64,000 nucleotides of DNA. Source: Octopus bimaculoides (taxonomy: Eukaryota). The notes beneath the pieces were generated by a model. It made no database searches. It was given only the letters and a program-made list of their open reading frames with translations, and was not told the origin of the DNA. The stretch is from NCBI RefSeq assembly GCF_001194135.2, contig NC_068983.1:67017245-67081244 (forward strand), in the 5' to 3' direction. The position numbers were made by a program, and so were the translations under genes. Positions within the stretch are counted from its first letter, which is position 1. Each line of letters begins with the position of its first letter. Shown one piece after another: positions 12,667-26,699 of the stretch.

Positions 12667-13062
12667 CAGAAAGGCATATCAACTCTGAATTATCAATGTA
12701 GCAAAGGCTAATGGTTGTAAGTTGTTTTCTACAAAACCTCTTAATTTCATGTTAATTTTGGACAAATGCCTAAATTGGCTGGTTTGTGATGTGATTACTG
12801 AAAAATGTGATTAAATATAGTTTTGAGAGAGTTTCTTGATGATTTGCTGAATTTGAGTAGTTTCTCAACCAGTGTAGCTTATAGATTGTCATCTGATTTG
12901 CTTCTATTTGTAGCATTTTGCTGTACCAGCATCAAAAACATAAACATTATTGTCAAAAGCAAATTTGTTTCATTCTATGATTTTACCAGCCATATTAAAT
13001 TTCTTTTTCTTGAAGATTTTGTATTTCCAATTTACAATATTTTTCTTTTCTTTTCTATTTCT

Positions 13063-13065
<3 letters not shown>

Positions 13066-13111
<46 letters not shown>

Positions 13112-13152
13112 TTTCAGCTTAGAGCTGCGGCCATGCTGATGCACCACCGTGT
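13066..13152 (-). mobile_element. About 45-nt SINE 3' fragment with a 42-nt poly(A) tail
   Basis: gctgcggccatgctgatgcaccaccg matches the terminus of the repeat at 60655-60870 and 45085-45275. T42 at 13066-13107. Confidence 0.6.
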
Positions 13153-14534
13153 GAAATATATATTGCTTACTTCTGTTACATGTAGTCTTAACTTTTATAT
13201 TTCTGTCTGTTTTTTCATTTTATTTCATCTCTAACACCTGCAAATCTTTTCATGATTTTAGCAAGTTCTAATCTTTCTTGCTCTACTCATTTTTTTCTTT
13301 CTTTTTTTTTTCCTAACTGTGTAAACTCTGAAATAATCTTTCCCTCTAGTTCTTGACTTTAATGTCTCTTCTTACATTGACATTCATCTATAGAAAACAG
13401 CAGTTGATCTCTTGGGTGGGGGGTCAATTGCTATTTGCAGAAGACAATATCATCCTTTCTTTTTCCTTGAAGATGAGCATCTTTAATTCAGAATTTCTAA
13501 ACAATAAGCTAACTTTGCCATACAATACTGCATTAACTAACTGATAGTTGGTGGCATGATAACAATTCATATAATTTAACAGGTGTATCATTATAAGCAA
13601 TTTAAATGGACTCGTTCACTCAAAGAAAACTGGCTTAAACTCAACTCCTGGCAAAATGTTAATTTTTTCCCTGATTATACATTAGTTCACATCCTTCAAG
13701 TACCTCTTTATTTTCAATGACTGTTGCTATGTTCAATAGATCATAAGACAAATGATCTGAGTGTAAAATATCCTGTAATTGATTCTAGATGTTTTTCCCA
13801 TTGCTGTTATTCTTTAAAGTAGTTCCCCTTTATGGGTAAAACTCTTGGCTTGAAATGATTATGTCTATTATTTTCATGATGCCATAGATTGAATAATTCT
13901 AAAACTTTATATAGTATCTGTGTGACTCATTGGAGCAACAGTTCTGTAAGGATACATTTTCTATTGCTAAACATTAACCCTTTTCTGATGAAATGCACTG
14001 CCTGTTTCAGTTAATTTTGAAATTTAGGTATGATTTAGTAAAATAATTTACAATTTACTTCATAAACTAATCTATGAAACTAATCTTATAAAGCTCTAAT
14101 ATTATTTTTCTTCCATCATAAGCAATGAACTTATTGGATATATTGTATACAATTCTGTGTTACAAACTTATGATAGAAAAAAAGATTATAATTTTTGATG
14201 TGAACAATTTAAAACAAAATTATGTATCATAAAGCTATAAACAGCTAGTTAAGCTAGTCAACTAAGGTATATAGAATAGGGAGATTTTAACTTGTGACTT
14301 TAAACCGTTTAATTCAATAACAATTCTGTGTTATTTGATAAATTGTAAAATGCTTATAAATATGCAACACAGTAAGTCATAAAGGCTTCAAATTGCAATT
14401 AAAAGGTGAGAAATATTTTCCTAAGAAAAATATTAATTTGCACTCTATTGTTTTTTTTTAAAATTAAATATTAAAAAATGTGTATGTGGAGTATCTTTGA
14501 TTTGCCAAAAATGGTTCACAATGATAAAATATTC

Positions 14535-14741
14535 TTTTCTACTCTAAGCACAAGGCCTGAAATTTTAGGGGAGGGGGCCAGTCAATCAGATCGACTCAGT
14601 TTGCAACTGGTACTTAATATATCAACCCCGAAAGGATGAAGGGCAAAGTCGACCTCGGCAGAATTTGAACTCAGAATGTAAAAACAGATGAAATACCACT
14701 AAGCATGTCACACAGCATGCTAACGTTCAGCTCACCACCTT
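14535..14741 (-). mobile_element. tRNA-derived SINE (aaggtggtgagctg head; tttcatcctttcgggg core)
   Basis: Reverse complement of the family at 37256-37469. Confidence 0.88.
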
Positions 14742-17700
14742 AACAATGGTAAAATATTAGGAGCCACTAATCTATTGTGTACCCTACTATGTATAATGCC
14801 TGCAGTAGTAGAAGTGTTGGTGTGCTAACTTCTTTCTCTCCACATGCAATACTTTACAAATATTTCATTTCCCTTCTTGGAAAACGTTATGCTGAACAAA
14901 ATAATCTACAGCATAAGAGGATAGTTACTTTACCTGTGCTTGTCTTGATTTGGAATAGAATTATATTTGTGCTTGTCATAATTTACAATAGAATAGTCAT
15001 ATATAATAATTTAATAATTTATTAAAATTGATTAATTTACTTTTGCGTACACAAGGATTTACAACATCTGTGTTTCTAAAGCTAATCCTTTTTTTTTTTT
15101 TGATAAATGTTTGGAAGGCTGAGTCAACAGAATATCAGACATACTTGAGAAGTTAATCTTGTTACCACTATTCATATCGTGTTACCAGTATTGTTTATGT
15201 TTGTTGATAATGCACTTATCTTTCAAGTGACCCAAACTACAGAACAAGAACAGCTTACTACTCTAAGCACTGTAAAATCAACAAATTGTTTGTTAGCTTG
15301 CTGTAGTGAGTTCAACCATGCTTGTGAATCATCAGAGGAATTAATATTCACACTAGGTTTTTGACTAGAGTTTTTCAGTTGTCTTGAACAATCTCAGCCA
15401 GATTCAAACTATCGGTTTGATTACAGACAGTATATGATGGATTGTGAAGAACAATCTTTTTTATGCTTGAGTAATATATGTATTTGTGAGTATATTCATC
15501 AACTGTGAGGGACAATAGTGACTTTTGTCTGTATTTGTGGATGAAATTCATGCTCAGTAAAGAACTGTGATATGTGTTTTAATGTATAATAGCAGGTATC
15601 AAACCTAAAAACTTAACACTAACAATGTTGACTCTCAGATTATATTAACTAGTAAATAACTGGTCACTGACCAACAACCAGCATCTACAGAAGAGCTGAA
15701 TACTGCAAAAATAAGGATATTGATAGCTCTGATATGTATTTCAGCAGTAATATTGATCAGAGTTTTTCTTTTCATATTTCATAAGCTAAAATATCAGAAT
15801 TGAGATTTATTATTATTATTTTCTGCATTTCAGTGTTATTATTTATGATTTCTTTTGCTATCATCATCATCATCATTGTCTCTCAATGATTATAATTATT
15901 ATGCATTTGGCTTTTATTTTTCTTGCAAATGTTTTATTTTTCAAATTCAAAGAAAAGCATTGAACTTTGTTTTGTTTTGATTTTGGGATATTCATATGGC
16001 TTTTTGTTCTTCAACCAATGAAATTAGATTTATTTTTAGGTTACAAAATCAATCATTCTGTGATTTCTTCATTTATTTAATCAGTCCATTCCAACTGAAA
16101 GTATCAGCATTATTGATTTCTAGAAAGAGCAGTTGTACATATTTCATTCCAGTGTTTTTTTTTTCTTTTGTCTATGTTCAAAGATCTATATTTTATGTTT
16201 AAAACACTTTTTGAATCTTTATTTATGCACTAACCACTTGGGTTGAAAGCTGCTCATCAGATATCACCTTCACTTGCTCTCTCTCTCTCTCTCTCATTTG
16301 CAGTAGAGCTGAGCTAAACCCCCATCACTTTTGTCTATGACAGTTATCTTTTTACTGTCATCTACAATTGTATACATAGCATCCCTCCTCACCTTCTACA
16401 TATGTTTAATTAACAGAATATTTGTCATGCCTTTTAGGCCTTTTCATTTTCTGTGAATTGAAATATGACTGTAGTGACCCAGCTTGTTAGCCTATCACTG
16501 TTCTATAGTATTGAGCCATGGGCAACGATAGAAATGCAAGCAGAAGAGATAAATACTGAACTTTACTCTCTTTTTTAAGATTTTTGCATGAAGTTGATTT
16601 CACAGAAAAATAAAATAAACAGCTAATTGCAGGAGCATATAGGACTTTTCCAGTTTATAGCATTTTACTTAAAAAAATATTCATTGTGATTTGATATACT
16701 TTGGAAAGGCCAAATATATGAATGGTCACTCTTTTGAATTGCAAATGTAGGGCCCACAGTCTTATGCTTATAGTAGGTTTGTGAAAGACATTTCCCAAGT
16801 TAATGGAATTCTAGTTGGATGCAGTATCAGATTTTACAATGCTAACCTTTCTATGGATAAAGTTTAATAACAAAAGTGATTTGGCCAGTTACAATAAATG
16901 TTTGGTATGTTGTGGACCATCACTTGTAAAAATAGAAATGAATGTCAAAAAAATCCCAAACTTATTCTAATGCAATCACATTTCCCATCAGATGCTCTAA
17001 AAACACTTTACATATCTGTTCTTACCCAACCTTGCATGAATTTAACTGATCAGTAATTATGAGTACTGTGCTTCTTCCCATATTGATAGCAAGGGTTTGC
17101 TGTTCATTCTGGTCAATTCAATGTAGAGAGTAACTGGAAATGGCATACCACATGGCTATTGTCTCATAGTTCTATAAAATGAATTGAAGATGTAAAAGTC
17201 TTGAATATATTCCACTCTGCCTTCATGGTGGTAACATTTCAACAGTTTAACTGTTTAGTCTGTGAGTAGATATAGTGGCTGATTATTTACATTTTGGAGT
17301 TATTCCAGATACAAAACAAAAATTAGTATGCCAAACTTACTAATTTCATTTAGGTTGCTATCAAAGTACATCTTTATCATTATTCATAAACATATTGATT
17401 TCTAACTTTGGCACTAGGCCACAAATTTGTGATCAGTTTATAATGAATTGACTGAACCTCAGTACTTGGTTGGTACTTTATTTAACATTCTTGAAATGAT
17501 GTGTGTGCATGTATGCTTGTGAAATTTGTTCTTTTTCAGTTGATAGTAATATTAAGCCAAGCAGATTTTATTGTTTATGCTCTAGAGTTTCAGTTAATAC
17601 CTTATCTGTAAGGTAAAGACTTTCCAACTAGTTTAATTGATAATTAACTGAAATGTTATGGTATCCTGCTGGTAGTAAGTCTCTTGCTAATCTATGAGTG

Positions 17701-17989
17701 AATTAATTGTATATTTCAGCAAAGGAAGCAAGACTTACAATTAAGAGGCTCCAAAATAAACTTAGCAGTACTTCTTTTGTCCTCCTCCATATGCACCTCA
17801 TGCCCTCCTTTAGCCATGCAGTCTTCTTTTTTGGACTCTACATCTGATTGCTCTTATGTTCAGTTATATATATTCAGTCATCCCATAAATAATTCCTTTT
17901 TATCAATTGCATGAACTAAAACCCAGAAGGGGACGGGATAAACTACCTGCATCAACTTGATAGAAAAGCAAGTAGTCATTTTACCTTGT

Positions 17990-18640
17990 ACTTATTCTTC
18001 TTTCAAGTTTTGAAGAGTGCAGTTCAGTTTTAACAATTATTTTTTCATAGCTATAATGGAAGTGATGAAGGAGCATATTCGATATATTTTGCTTTATGAG
18101 TTCAATAAAGGCAACTGTGCAATGGAAAGTGTGAGGAATATTAATGCAGTATATGGGAATTGAACAATAAGTGTAAGCCAGTGTCAACGGTGGTTCCAGA
18201 AATGTCAAGCCAGAAACTACTGCCTAGAAGACAAGCCTCATCCAGGAAGATCTGTAGAGCTTGACGAGGACGTCCTGCAAACCCTGGTGGAACAATATTC
18301 CATCGTAACTGTTGAGGAACTAGCAGAGAAGCTTAGATTTGGTCATTCAACTATTCATAGACACCTGCATGATATTGGAAAATTACCATCTTTGGTTTCA
18401 TGACGAAAAGTGCTCTTCCATCAGGGTAATGTTCAACTACCTACAGCAAGGATGACCTTCCAAAGGCTGGAGCAGTTTGAATGGGAAACGATGCCCTACC
18501 CACCATATTTGCTGGACATTGCTCCATCCGATTATCATTTATTATGCAGTCTTCGAAATCATTTGGACAGAAAAAATATGAATTCCGTAGATGAGGTCAG
18601 AACAGTACTTAAAGAGTGTTTTTCATCACAAACAAGGTAG
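17990..18640 (+). mobile_element. mariner transposase pseudogene with internal deletion
   Basis: From ATG 18056: MEVMKEHIRYILLYEFNKG...QCQRWFQKC...LEDKPHPGRSVELDED...TVEELAEKL...TIHRHLH, then LFHQGN...PYPPYLLDIAPSDYHLLCSLRNHL (YSPDLAPSDY-like). Two in-frame stops. Confidence 0.93.
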
Positions 18641-19255
18641 AAATATATACATCACTAAAGTGACTGAGAGCACTAGTCAGCACCAGTATTGCTAGAAATA
18701 AGAGTTAAAAGAACTCATAGCCACAAGAAGCATTTATCTTAAAGACTGAGAAGGGAGGCATGCTCTCACAGTGTCTAGGCAGAGCCAGATCACAGTGATT
18801 TCACATTTTTTTAATGCTTGTCAGTGACTTTCACCTAGTGCCTTGGGTTAAACTCAACTCACCTTGTCAGTATATATATATACTGTATATTTTATTACAG
18901 TTTTATTTGCAATCTTCAGAAATAATAAGTAGGAAAATTTCATGAATTTAATGCTGATTTAATAACTAAAAAAAAAAAAAGTAATTATCTGCTTGGTGAT
19001 CACTATAAATGCATTGGTCTTTTTTTTTTTTCATCTTATTTAATTATTATAGAGATTATAGTTCTTACAAAGAGATTTCTAGTGACCTTTTGTTTTTAAG
19101 GAAATAGTATGATAAAGGAAAATGTTTATAAAATAGAAACAGATATTTTTGGCAGAATTTACTTGTATGCTGAAAATTTTTATGACTATTAAAAAGAATA
19201 GCGAATTTTTGGTAAATTGCCAGATATATACATATATATATATATTGCCTAAAAC

Positions 19256-19289
<34 letters not shown>

Positions 19290-20602
19290 TGATTGGTGGC
19301 AATTATTACTACTATTATTGTCCTTTGCTAGCTCAAAGACTTGGCATACACAGAGAGTATCAAACCATTCTCTCTTGCAGCTGTCGTGTTAGATATTCTT
19401 CAGCTTAGCCTTGATGAATGAACCAGAAAACGATTTCTGTCAGAATTGTTTTCTCAGTTGCTGGAATTGCACCAAGAATTTCCAATTTTTACTGCTATTA
19501 GCAAATTTACTCCAATCAAATTTCGTTAATATAGATTATTATATTTAGTCTATGTGCTCCATTTTTCTTTTCTTTTTTGTATTAAAGGGACTATTTCAAA
19601 ATAGAAATATAAAAAATTTCAACAATAACTTTCTTGATAGTATGAATGATACAGAAAGCTTGATAGGGTTAGCAAAATTAATAATTTCTAATTGTAGGTG
19701 TTAGTGAGAATAGTACTTAGCAAGTCATATTCTTTGGCAAGAACATATTTTGATAAATAACAAGCAATATCTATTGGCTGTTATAAGCATTGATAATACT
19801 ATACATTAAAAAATATTCTACTTATTAGTTTATTTGCACTTGACAGTTTATTGCTAGGAAAATTTAAAGAAATAAAGCATCCTAATTTCTTACGATTTTC
19901 TAGAACATCAAAATGGATAAATGTTTACAAAACAACTATGCATGTAATTTTCAATACAGTTTAATCCATTTTTAATTCTTTATGTCTGATTAATTAGATG
20001 TTAATTTTATCAATAGTCAGTAATTAGAGTTATCTCCTGCTTGCAATAAATATCTAGTGCAAGAAGCACACTGAATAAATCAGCTGGAGAAAATATCTTC
20101 CAATACAGTAATTGGTTCTTTTTTGCCAGATTTTACTGAAGTTTGCTTGGGACTGAAATTAAGCAATGCTGACAAAATTCTGTAAATTACTTATAATTCA
20201 TCTATAAATTCATGTCCTTAAGGAAACATACGTCTCCTATTTTAACTGGACATATTTTAAAACTTTAAAAGTCTGCTAGAATGTCAGCATTTATCATAAA
20301 TATTTTGCAGCTTATATGTCTGCTAATGTAACAAAGTTCTGTAAATTACTTATAATTATGCATGTGATTACTTCTGTTTTAACACTGTTTCATGTAGGTG
20401 TATACACTTTGTTTCATTTTTGCATTTCCTTTTCAATGTGTATTATTTGCATATTCTTGCTGTATGATTTTACAACCAGATTATTATTGTTACTAACCCC
20501 TTGGATATTATGAGATCTATTGTCTGCCAACCAGTCTGAGTCATTAAAATAGTGTCTTGTGTAGAGGAGACAATATATGAATATATCATATATTAAAAAG
20601 TC

Positions 20603-20779
20603 TACCCCTTTAGTATTTAAATATGCCATAACTGGCCCAGATATTCTATCAGTTTTATGCTAAAATTGGCCAGATCTAGCTTCTTACACCTACCCTACAT
20701 ATCATTCTAAAAATAAGAAATTGCATCAAAGCTACAAGATAATTCATGATTAATTCAAAACAATGTGAATAAAGGGGTA
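20603..20779. mobile_element. piggyBac-type MITE with decayed CCCTTT...AAAGGG termini
   Basis: 10-bp perfect terminal inverted repeat taccccttta (20603-20612) / taaaggggta (20770-20779) around about 157 bp of non-coding DNA. Confidence 0.55.
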
Positions 20780-21789
20780 AGCATGTGGAATGTAACTACA
20801 TATTTGAATATCACATCCATTCATCCACTGTACCTCTTGTATGCTATTATATAATTAGCCAAAGGATAAGCAACTTAAATTTCAAAGCAAAGTCTGAAAC
20901 CTAATGAGAAAATGAAAATATATGTTTAGTGATTTCTTTATTAAGTGATTATCAAGCCTTATACTTCATTTTTGTGAGTTCTTTGCTTTGTTGTATTTAA
21001 TAACATTCTTTAATCAAACTATTCCTCTATCACAAACTAAGAGTTGTGATCCTTTTGTTTTATGACTCATGAAGTTTGTCATATTTATTAAAACTAAAGA
21101 GTACATCTTGTTTACTAATAGTTTGAAGTGTTAGAAGTAAGAAACTGATTTTATATTTAATATTGTGCAGTTACATCATATTTGTTCCAGTTTCCAATAG
21201 CATTATTTTTGCTCGACTGCTAAAATACGTCTTGCTTTTCGTCACAAATGAATATGTAGAACAGAGTACTAATGATGAGTAAACCACAAGTCTAAAATAA
21301 TGTGGTCATAATTGTAATTTAAACTGATTTATAGTTGAAATGTGTACATGAATTCACATGAAAGTAGTGAAGGCATGAGATATGTTTTATTTTAAACCTC
21401 TTCTTTCATCATTTGATGTGAAACCTTATACTATGGACTGTATCACTTGTCAAATTTGTATTTTTCAACACTAGTGTATCTAAACTTTAATTTCATATAT
21501 ATAATGTTTGTTAGTTTTGTGGGTAATTTTTTTTAGTTCTTTTTACCAATTTCAGTCACAGTGTTAGCCTTGAAAGGTATAGTTTATTATCTAGACCCAC
21601 AGTATACAGTCAATAGATATGTATTACTCTTGCTTAGGTAAATGTCAGAATTGATAAATTTCTAAGTGCACTTTAAAAAATCAATGATTAGCTTAATGAC
21701 TGAGAGATGAATCTACTATTTTTTCTGCTTCCTTTAACTTCTATCTCCTACAAAAATTTGACTACCTCCAAAAGATTCTCAGAGATCAT

Positions 21790-21985
21790 ACTAAATGGGA
21801 TGTGTGAAGTGTGAAATTAAGTATACTCTCCAGAAAATATACAAAGAAATCCTAGTAAGCATAGCTCTTATGATATCTGAGGAACAAGTCATTGCATTGA
21901 AAATGTTGGTATCTGACACAGTCCCTTCTCTCTTCTACCAGCAAATTTGTACTGCCATGAGTGTCTCAGTCTCACCATGATACCC
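21790..21985 (-). mobile_element. Possible very old LINE 3' remnant
   Basis: Weak similarity (GRREKG...) to the RTE C-terminal region only. Confidence 0.25.
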
Positions 21986-22739
21986 AATAAATGAAGGATT
22001 ACATTGATTATATTACATCCCCTCTCCCAACATTTACTCATTCGCCCTCAGGTATCTATACTTCTCTTACCTTTGTCATCTCAACTATAAATCACTCATG
22101 CACTTTCTTACCAACTAACATTACTCTTCTATATTGCTAGCCTCCACACCCTTTCCCTTTGGGTTACTCACTATTGACATCTATCACACTCTTGCTAATC
22201 ATTTTCTGATTGTTCCTCATGCACTTAACACCTCTACCATTCCTGTCTGATCACACTCTGCCATTATTCTCTCTTTCATGACTTCTCTAGCTCTATTGCC
22301 TCCGTTCTTCTCTTCAGCAATGTTACACAAATCACCCTGTCTTCTTCATACTCTCACTTCTTTTCCCTTAGTTCTTCCTCTACAATCATCCTCTCTTCTA
22401 CCCATTTAGTTACATTGCCTTGTTCAAACAAGATAATGTTGAGCAATGAACACTCCTTTAGTTTTGCTGTGTACATGGCTACTAGTACTCTTTGTAAATG
22501 ATTGGCGTATAAGTGAAAATAATCTAGGTTTGAGAGGACTTTTAATCTTATCTTGTTAAGGAAATGTAAACATTTCCAGTGCTTGTGCTATGATTAAATG
22601 CAAAGTATATATTTCTGTAAAGTGGTTGATTTTTGGTAGGATATCCAGCTTTTGAAATCATGCTATACATTGGGGTGAGATGCTCCTCAACTCATCTGTG
22701 AGGACAATAACTCTAAATGAGGGTTAACTCTGAAATGAT

Positions 22740-22800
22740 GACCTGTCCAACTCATGCCAGCATGGAAAGTAAACGAAGTGATGATGGTGATCATGGTGGT
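22740..22800 (+). mobile_element. Extreme 3' end of the retroposon tail family
   Basis: gtccaactcatgccagcatggaaagtaaacg followed by a (gat)-like tail. Confidence 0.7.
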
Positions 22801-25009
22801 AATGGCATTGACACCAGCACTGCTGCTGCTGCTATGTACCTTTTCTATATTCTACTTTACATTTTAGTAGTTATGCTTCGTTATTCATGCTCACTAACAG
22901 TACAACCTGTGGAGAATGCTTGTCTAATTTCTTTCCAGCTTTCACATAACCTTCGCATTAATTGATAATGCTTTCATGCAATAAAATATTTCATATGCAA
23001 TCAAACAATCTAATTTTCACTTGAAGAGAGAGTCCTTTTATTGTTATGTATATGTGTATGTGTGTACATGCTTTGGTATAGAATAAAAGAAAAAGTTTTG
23101 AATGAATAAATTCATTCAAAGCTAATGATTCACTCCATCACTACTCAGAGCTTTTCATCATGTGAATTTTCAAGTCCCAAAAATATGTATGTAAAAAAGT
23201 TGATGATTCAGAATAAAGTCTTAGTTCATCTAATTGTTCAGTTTCCATTGATATTTTACTTGGCTACATAAGTCTTGTGGGCTATTTGTGACCAAAGCCA
23301 GTCATTGAAAATCAACAACTAGATGTCCTGCTTTGTCTTTGCATCATTGCTTTATGTTTAGCTGTACTGTGCCTCCTCCAAGCAATTTATTATACCATCT
23401 CCTTTACTTTCTCCTGCTGAATGTGTTTGTATGTATCAGTCATCTTTTTATATTATGATTTGCAATCATAAAATAATATATTGGTTTGAGAAATATATTA
23501 AACTTCACTAATGATATCAGTAAAGATTTCAACTTCATTTAGCTTTTTCTTCTCTATCTTTTTTTCTGTTATTGAAACTATTGAAAGACATTTGGGAATA
23601 TCCTTATCAAGCTACTGAGATTATTGCTTTCATGATAGTTATAATAATCAAAATAAAATTGAAAATGGAGTTATGGAAAAGAATTTTATTAGACTTGGTT
23701 TTGGCAATAACCCTGTATTTTAAATATAATCGAATATAGTGGCAAGTTTTAAACTGGGCTGTTTGGGAATCAGTTTGAATACTCAGTAGTTTTATACTAT
23801 TATCCTAATTGAGAAAGGCTATCAGTTACTATACATTCAAAATGCCATTCTCCAAATCACTACTAAAATTGTGTTTTTGACTATTATTTGTAGCTTGTTT
23901 TTAAAGTAGGTATACTGTTGATCAACAAAGTTGGTTGACAATTTTATATATTATATATAAAGCATTTGTCTGTTTCATCAGTTTGTGTCTAATTCTATTA
24001 GTGAGAGCAAACTTTGTGCTATAGTAAGGTATTGCCAATTCCTCTTAGAACATTTATCACTCTTATTATCAATACTATGTTTCTGTATCACAAGAGACAA
24101 TTTTTATTCCTACTTCCTGCTTACTTTTGAATAGCTGCCATTTTCACTCTTACCAATCACTGATGTAAACCAAATGGGATTAGTTCGTTCTTGTTAAAAA
24201 CTTACATTTCTGATTTCTCCCACTTCTCTCTTTCTTCCTCCCTCCCCCCCTCTCTCTCTCTCTCAACACATTTACATCTACATATCTACCCACATAATTT
24301 GCTTCTTCCCACTATCTTTTTCTGTTGTATGTTTATTATATTTTAATGCATTCATACATTTAAAACTAAAAACATTTTAGGCTTATGACTAATCAGAATT
24401 TTATAATCAACTTCCACTTTTGATATTTTGAGAAATACTATAATTATAGTTTAAACTATTATTATGTTTATTATTACTGTAACTTACACTGAAAGCAGAG
24501 CATTTAATTTGTTGAGTTATTATGTGTTAGCCTGGTCATGCACATTGGCATATGACACTCCTTTATGAAAGAGAGATACAGTATTGTTCAGTAAGTTCTC
24601 ATTTAGTAGACCAACTTCTTAAATTGTTTGTTTTGTTCTGAGTGAAATTATGAGACTATTTGATGCTGTCAATTTGACTATTTTATCTTTACCAACGAAA
24701 ACAGCATTCTCAAGGTATTTTTCCATTTTCTCACACTTCACTTAATATCTATTATTTTCTCTTCCTGTGTATATTGGACAACATCACTCAATAAGTCTTT
24801 ATCTAACTTTTAAAAAAATATCAAAACTTACGAAATAATGAAATATGGAAAGTAAATAGATAAATTAGTAAAATAACTTAAAACAGTTATTAGCAAACTT
24901 GAAATAAATAATTGAAACATTTAATAACATTTTGAGGATTTGTAAAAAAAATAAATGAATGTTATTAAACTTATTGGGAAAATACATAGGTTTTTAAATG
25001 AGTGATGTT

Positions 25010-25760
25010 TTAACTGACACAGTTCAGTGGTGTTTGTAATGCCTAAGCTTAGTGGTGATTGCAGTGATATCTCAATGTTTAACAATTGTGATGCAGGTTA
25101 GTGTCTAAAGACAAAACTCATCTCAATGCTGGGTGTATAGAAATAGTTAGAAGGTGTTTGAAATGACACAGCTCAATATTGGTTGTGTAGAAATGACTCA
25201 GTAGTAGCTGTATTGAAACACCTCAACAGTGTTTTTAATTATTCATGCTCATTGGTCATCAAAATGACACAGATCACTGTTGACTCTTATGGGACAACCC
25301 AGATAGTTGAAATGAAATATCACTGGTACCTCTAATAATACCAGTCAGTGTCAATAGCAATGCAACAGTTTGATGGTGGGTTGAAATGAGACATAGATGC
25401 TTGTAGTAATAACACTGCTAAGTGATAGTAGTAATAGCACAGCTAAATTGTGATTGCAGTGGAACAACTCACTGTTGACTGGTTCGAGATTTTAAAACTC
25501 TTTTTGTAATGACACAATATGGTAACAGTTTTCATAGCACAGCTCAGTGGTGTTTGTTTGGAAATAGTTTATTGATTTGAATGACAAAACAGTTGGTGAC
25601 TTTAACGGTCAGTAATGGCTCAATTTTTCTATATACAATGTTGGTTTTTTTTAAAAAATAATTTTGTGTTAGTTGCATGTAGTGGTCACAGTAACTAACA
25701 CAACTCTGAGTTAGTTGTAATGAGAGGGCTCAGCAGTTATTCTATCCTGAAAGGCTCAGA
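25010..25760. repeat. Highly degenerate minisatellite (aatgacacagctcagtggtgtttgt-like unit)
   Basis: Motif recurs at about 25015, 25161, 25261, 25433, 25506 and 25535. Confidence 0.55.
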
Positions 25761-26029
25761 CAACTTCTTACTCCCTTATATGTTACCTTTTACTCCAATA
25801 ACTTCATTGTAACAACTCTACAATTATGTTTGAATTATAAATTCCATAATGTAAAGTGATACTACATTTCCCTGGCTCATTCTTTCTTTCTAACACACAC
25901 ACACACACACACGTGTACATATGTATGCATGTACATGTATAATACCCAGCTGTCTTTATGTACTCTATCTTTGCATATACACACATGCACACACCCTTAA
26001 TCTCCATTATGAAATTTTGTTTTAATTGT

Positions 26030-26054
26030 TATTCCTCGGTGTGTGTGTGTGACT

Positions 26055-26099
<45 letters not shown>

Positions 26100-26109
26100 N
26101 NNNNNNNNN

Positions 26110-26152
<43 letters not shown>
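26030..26152. repeat. (GT)n/(GA)n microsatellite spanning a small gap
   Basis: Direct reading of the sequence. Confidence 0.95.
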
Positions 26153-26153
<1 letters not shown>

Positions 26154-26699
26154 TGAAATGTGGTATTTGAAGATAAGTGAAAAATAAATAAGTATACACA
26201 TAAAAGTAGGGTACCTGAAGGCAGCTGAAGAATTAATTTAAGTCTAGTTACAGAACACAGAAACAAAAATGAGATTAAGTCTGGAAATTTGAAATTATTG
26301 TAGCAATAATTCACATTTGTAACACAAGTAATGCTTGTTCCTATTCTATATGAATTGTTTACATATTATTGTTATTATATTTTAATACTACAAAATGATT
26401 TGTATTTGAGACATCTATTAAACCCATTAAAATGTTATTTTCTTCAAATATCTAAATCTCTGGTATTTATTTTTATGACTGATTTACTCAAATAGTCTGG
26501 AGTCAGTTTCTTATTTTGGCTATAGATTTTTTAAAATTATCATTGTATTATTCTCTTGTAGACATATTTTTGTTATCATAAGGAACAAAAATGTTATGAA
26601 AGATGGGTGTTTGTATGTGTTAACAAAGTATGTAGATTCCAGATACAGCAAGTGCACTGGGGTAGTAAGAATAAAGAGTGTTTAGGAAATAGATTCTCT

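Noticed and set aside
20160-20360. 28-bp direct repeat with partial inversion
   Set aside because: Short and AT-rich; probably local slippage or a MITE scrap.
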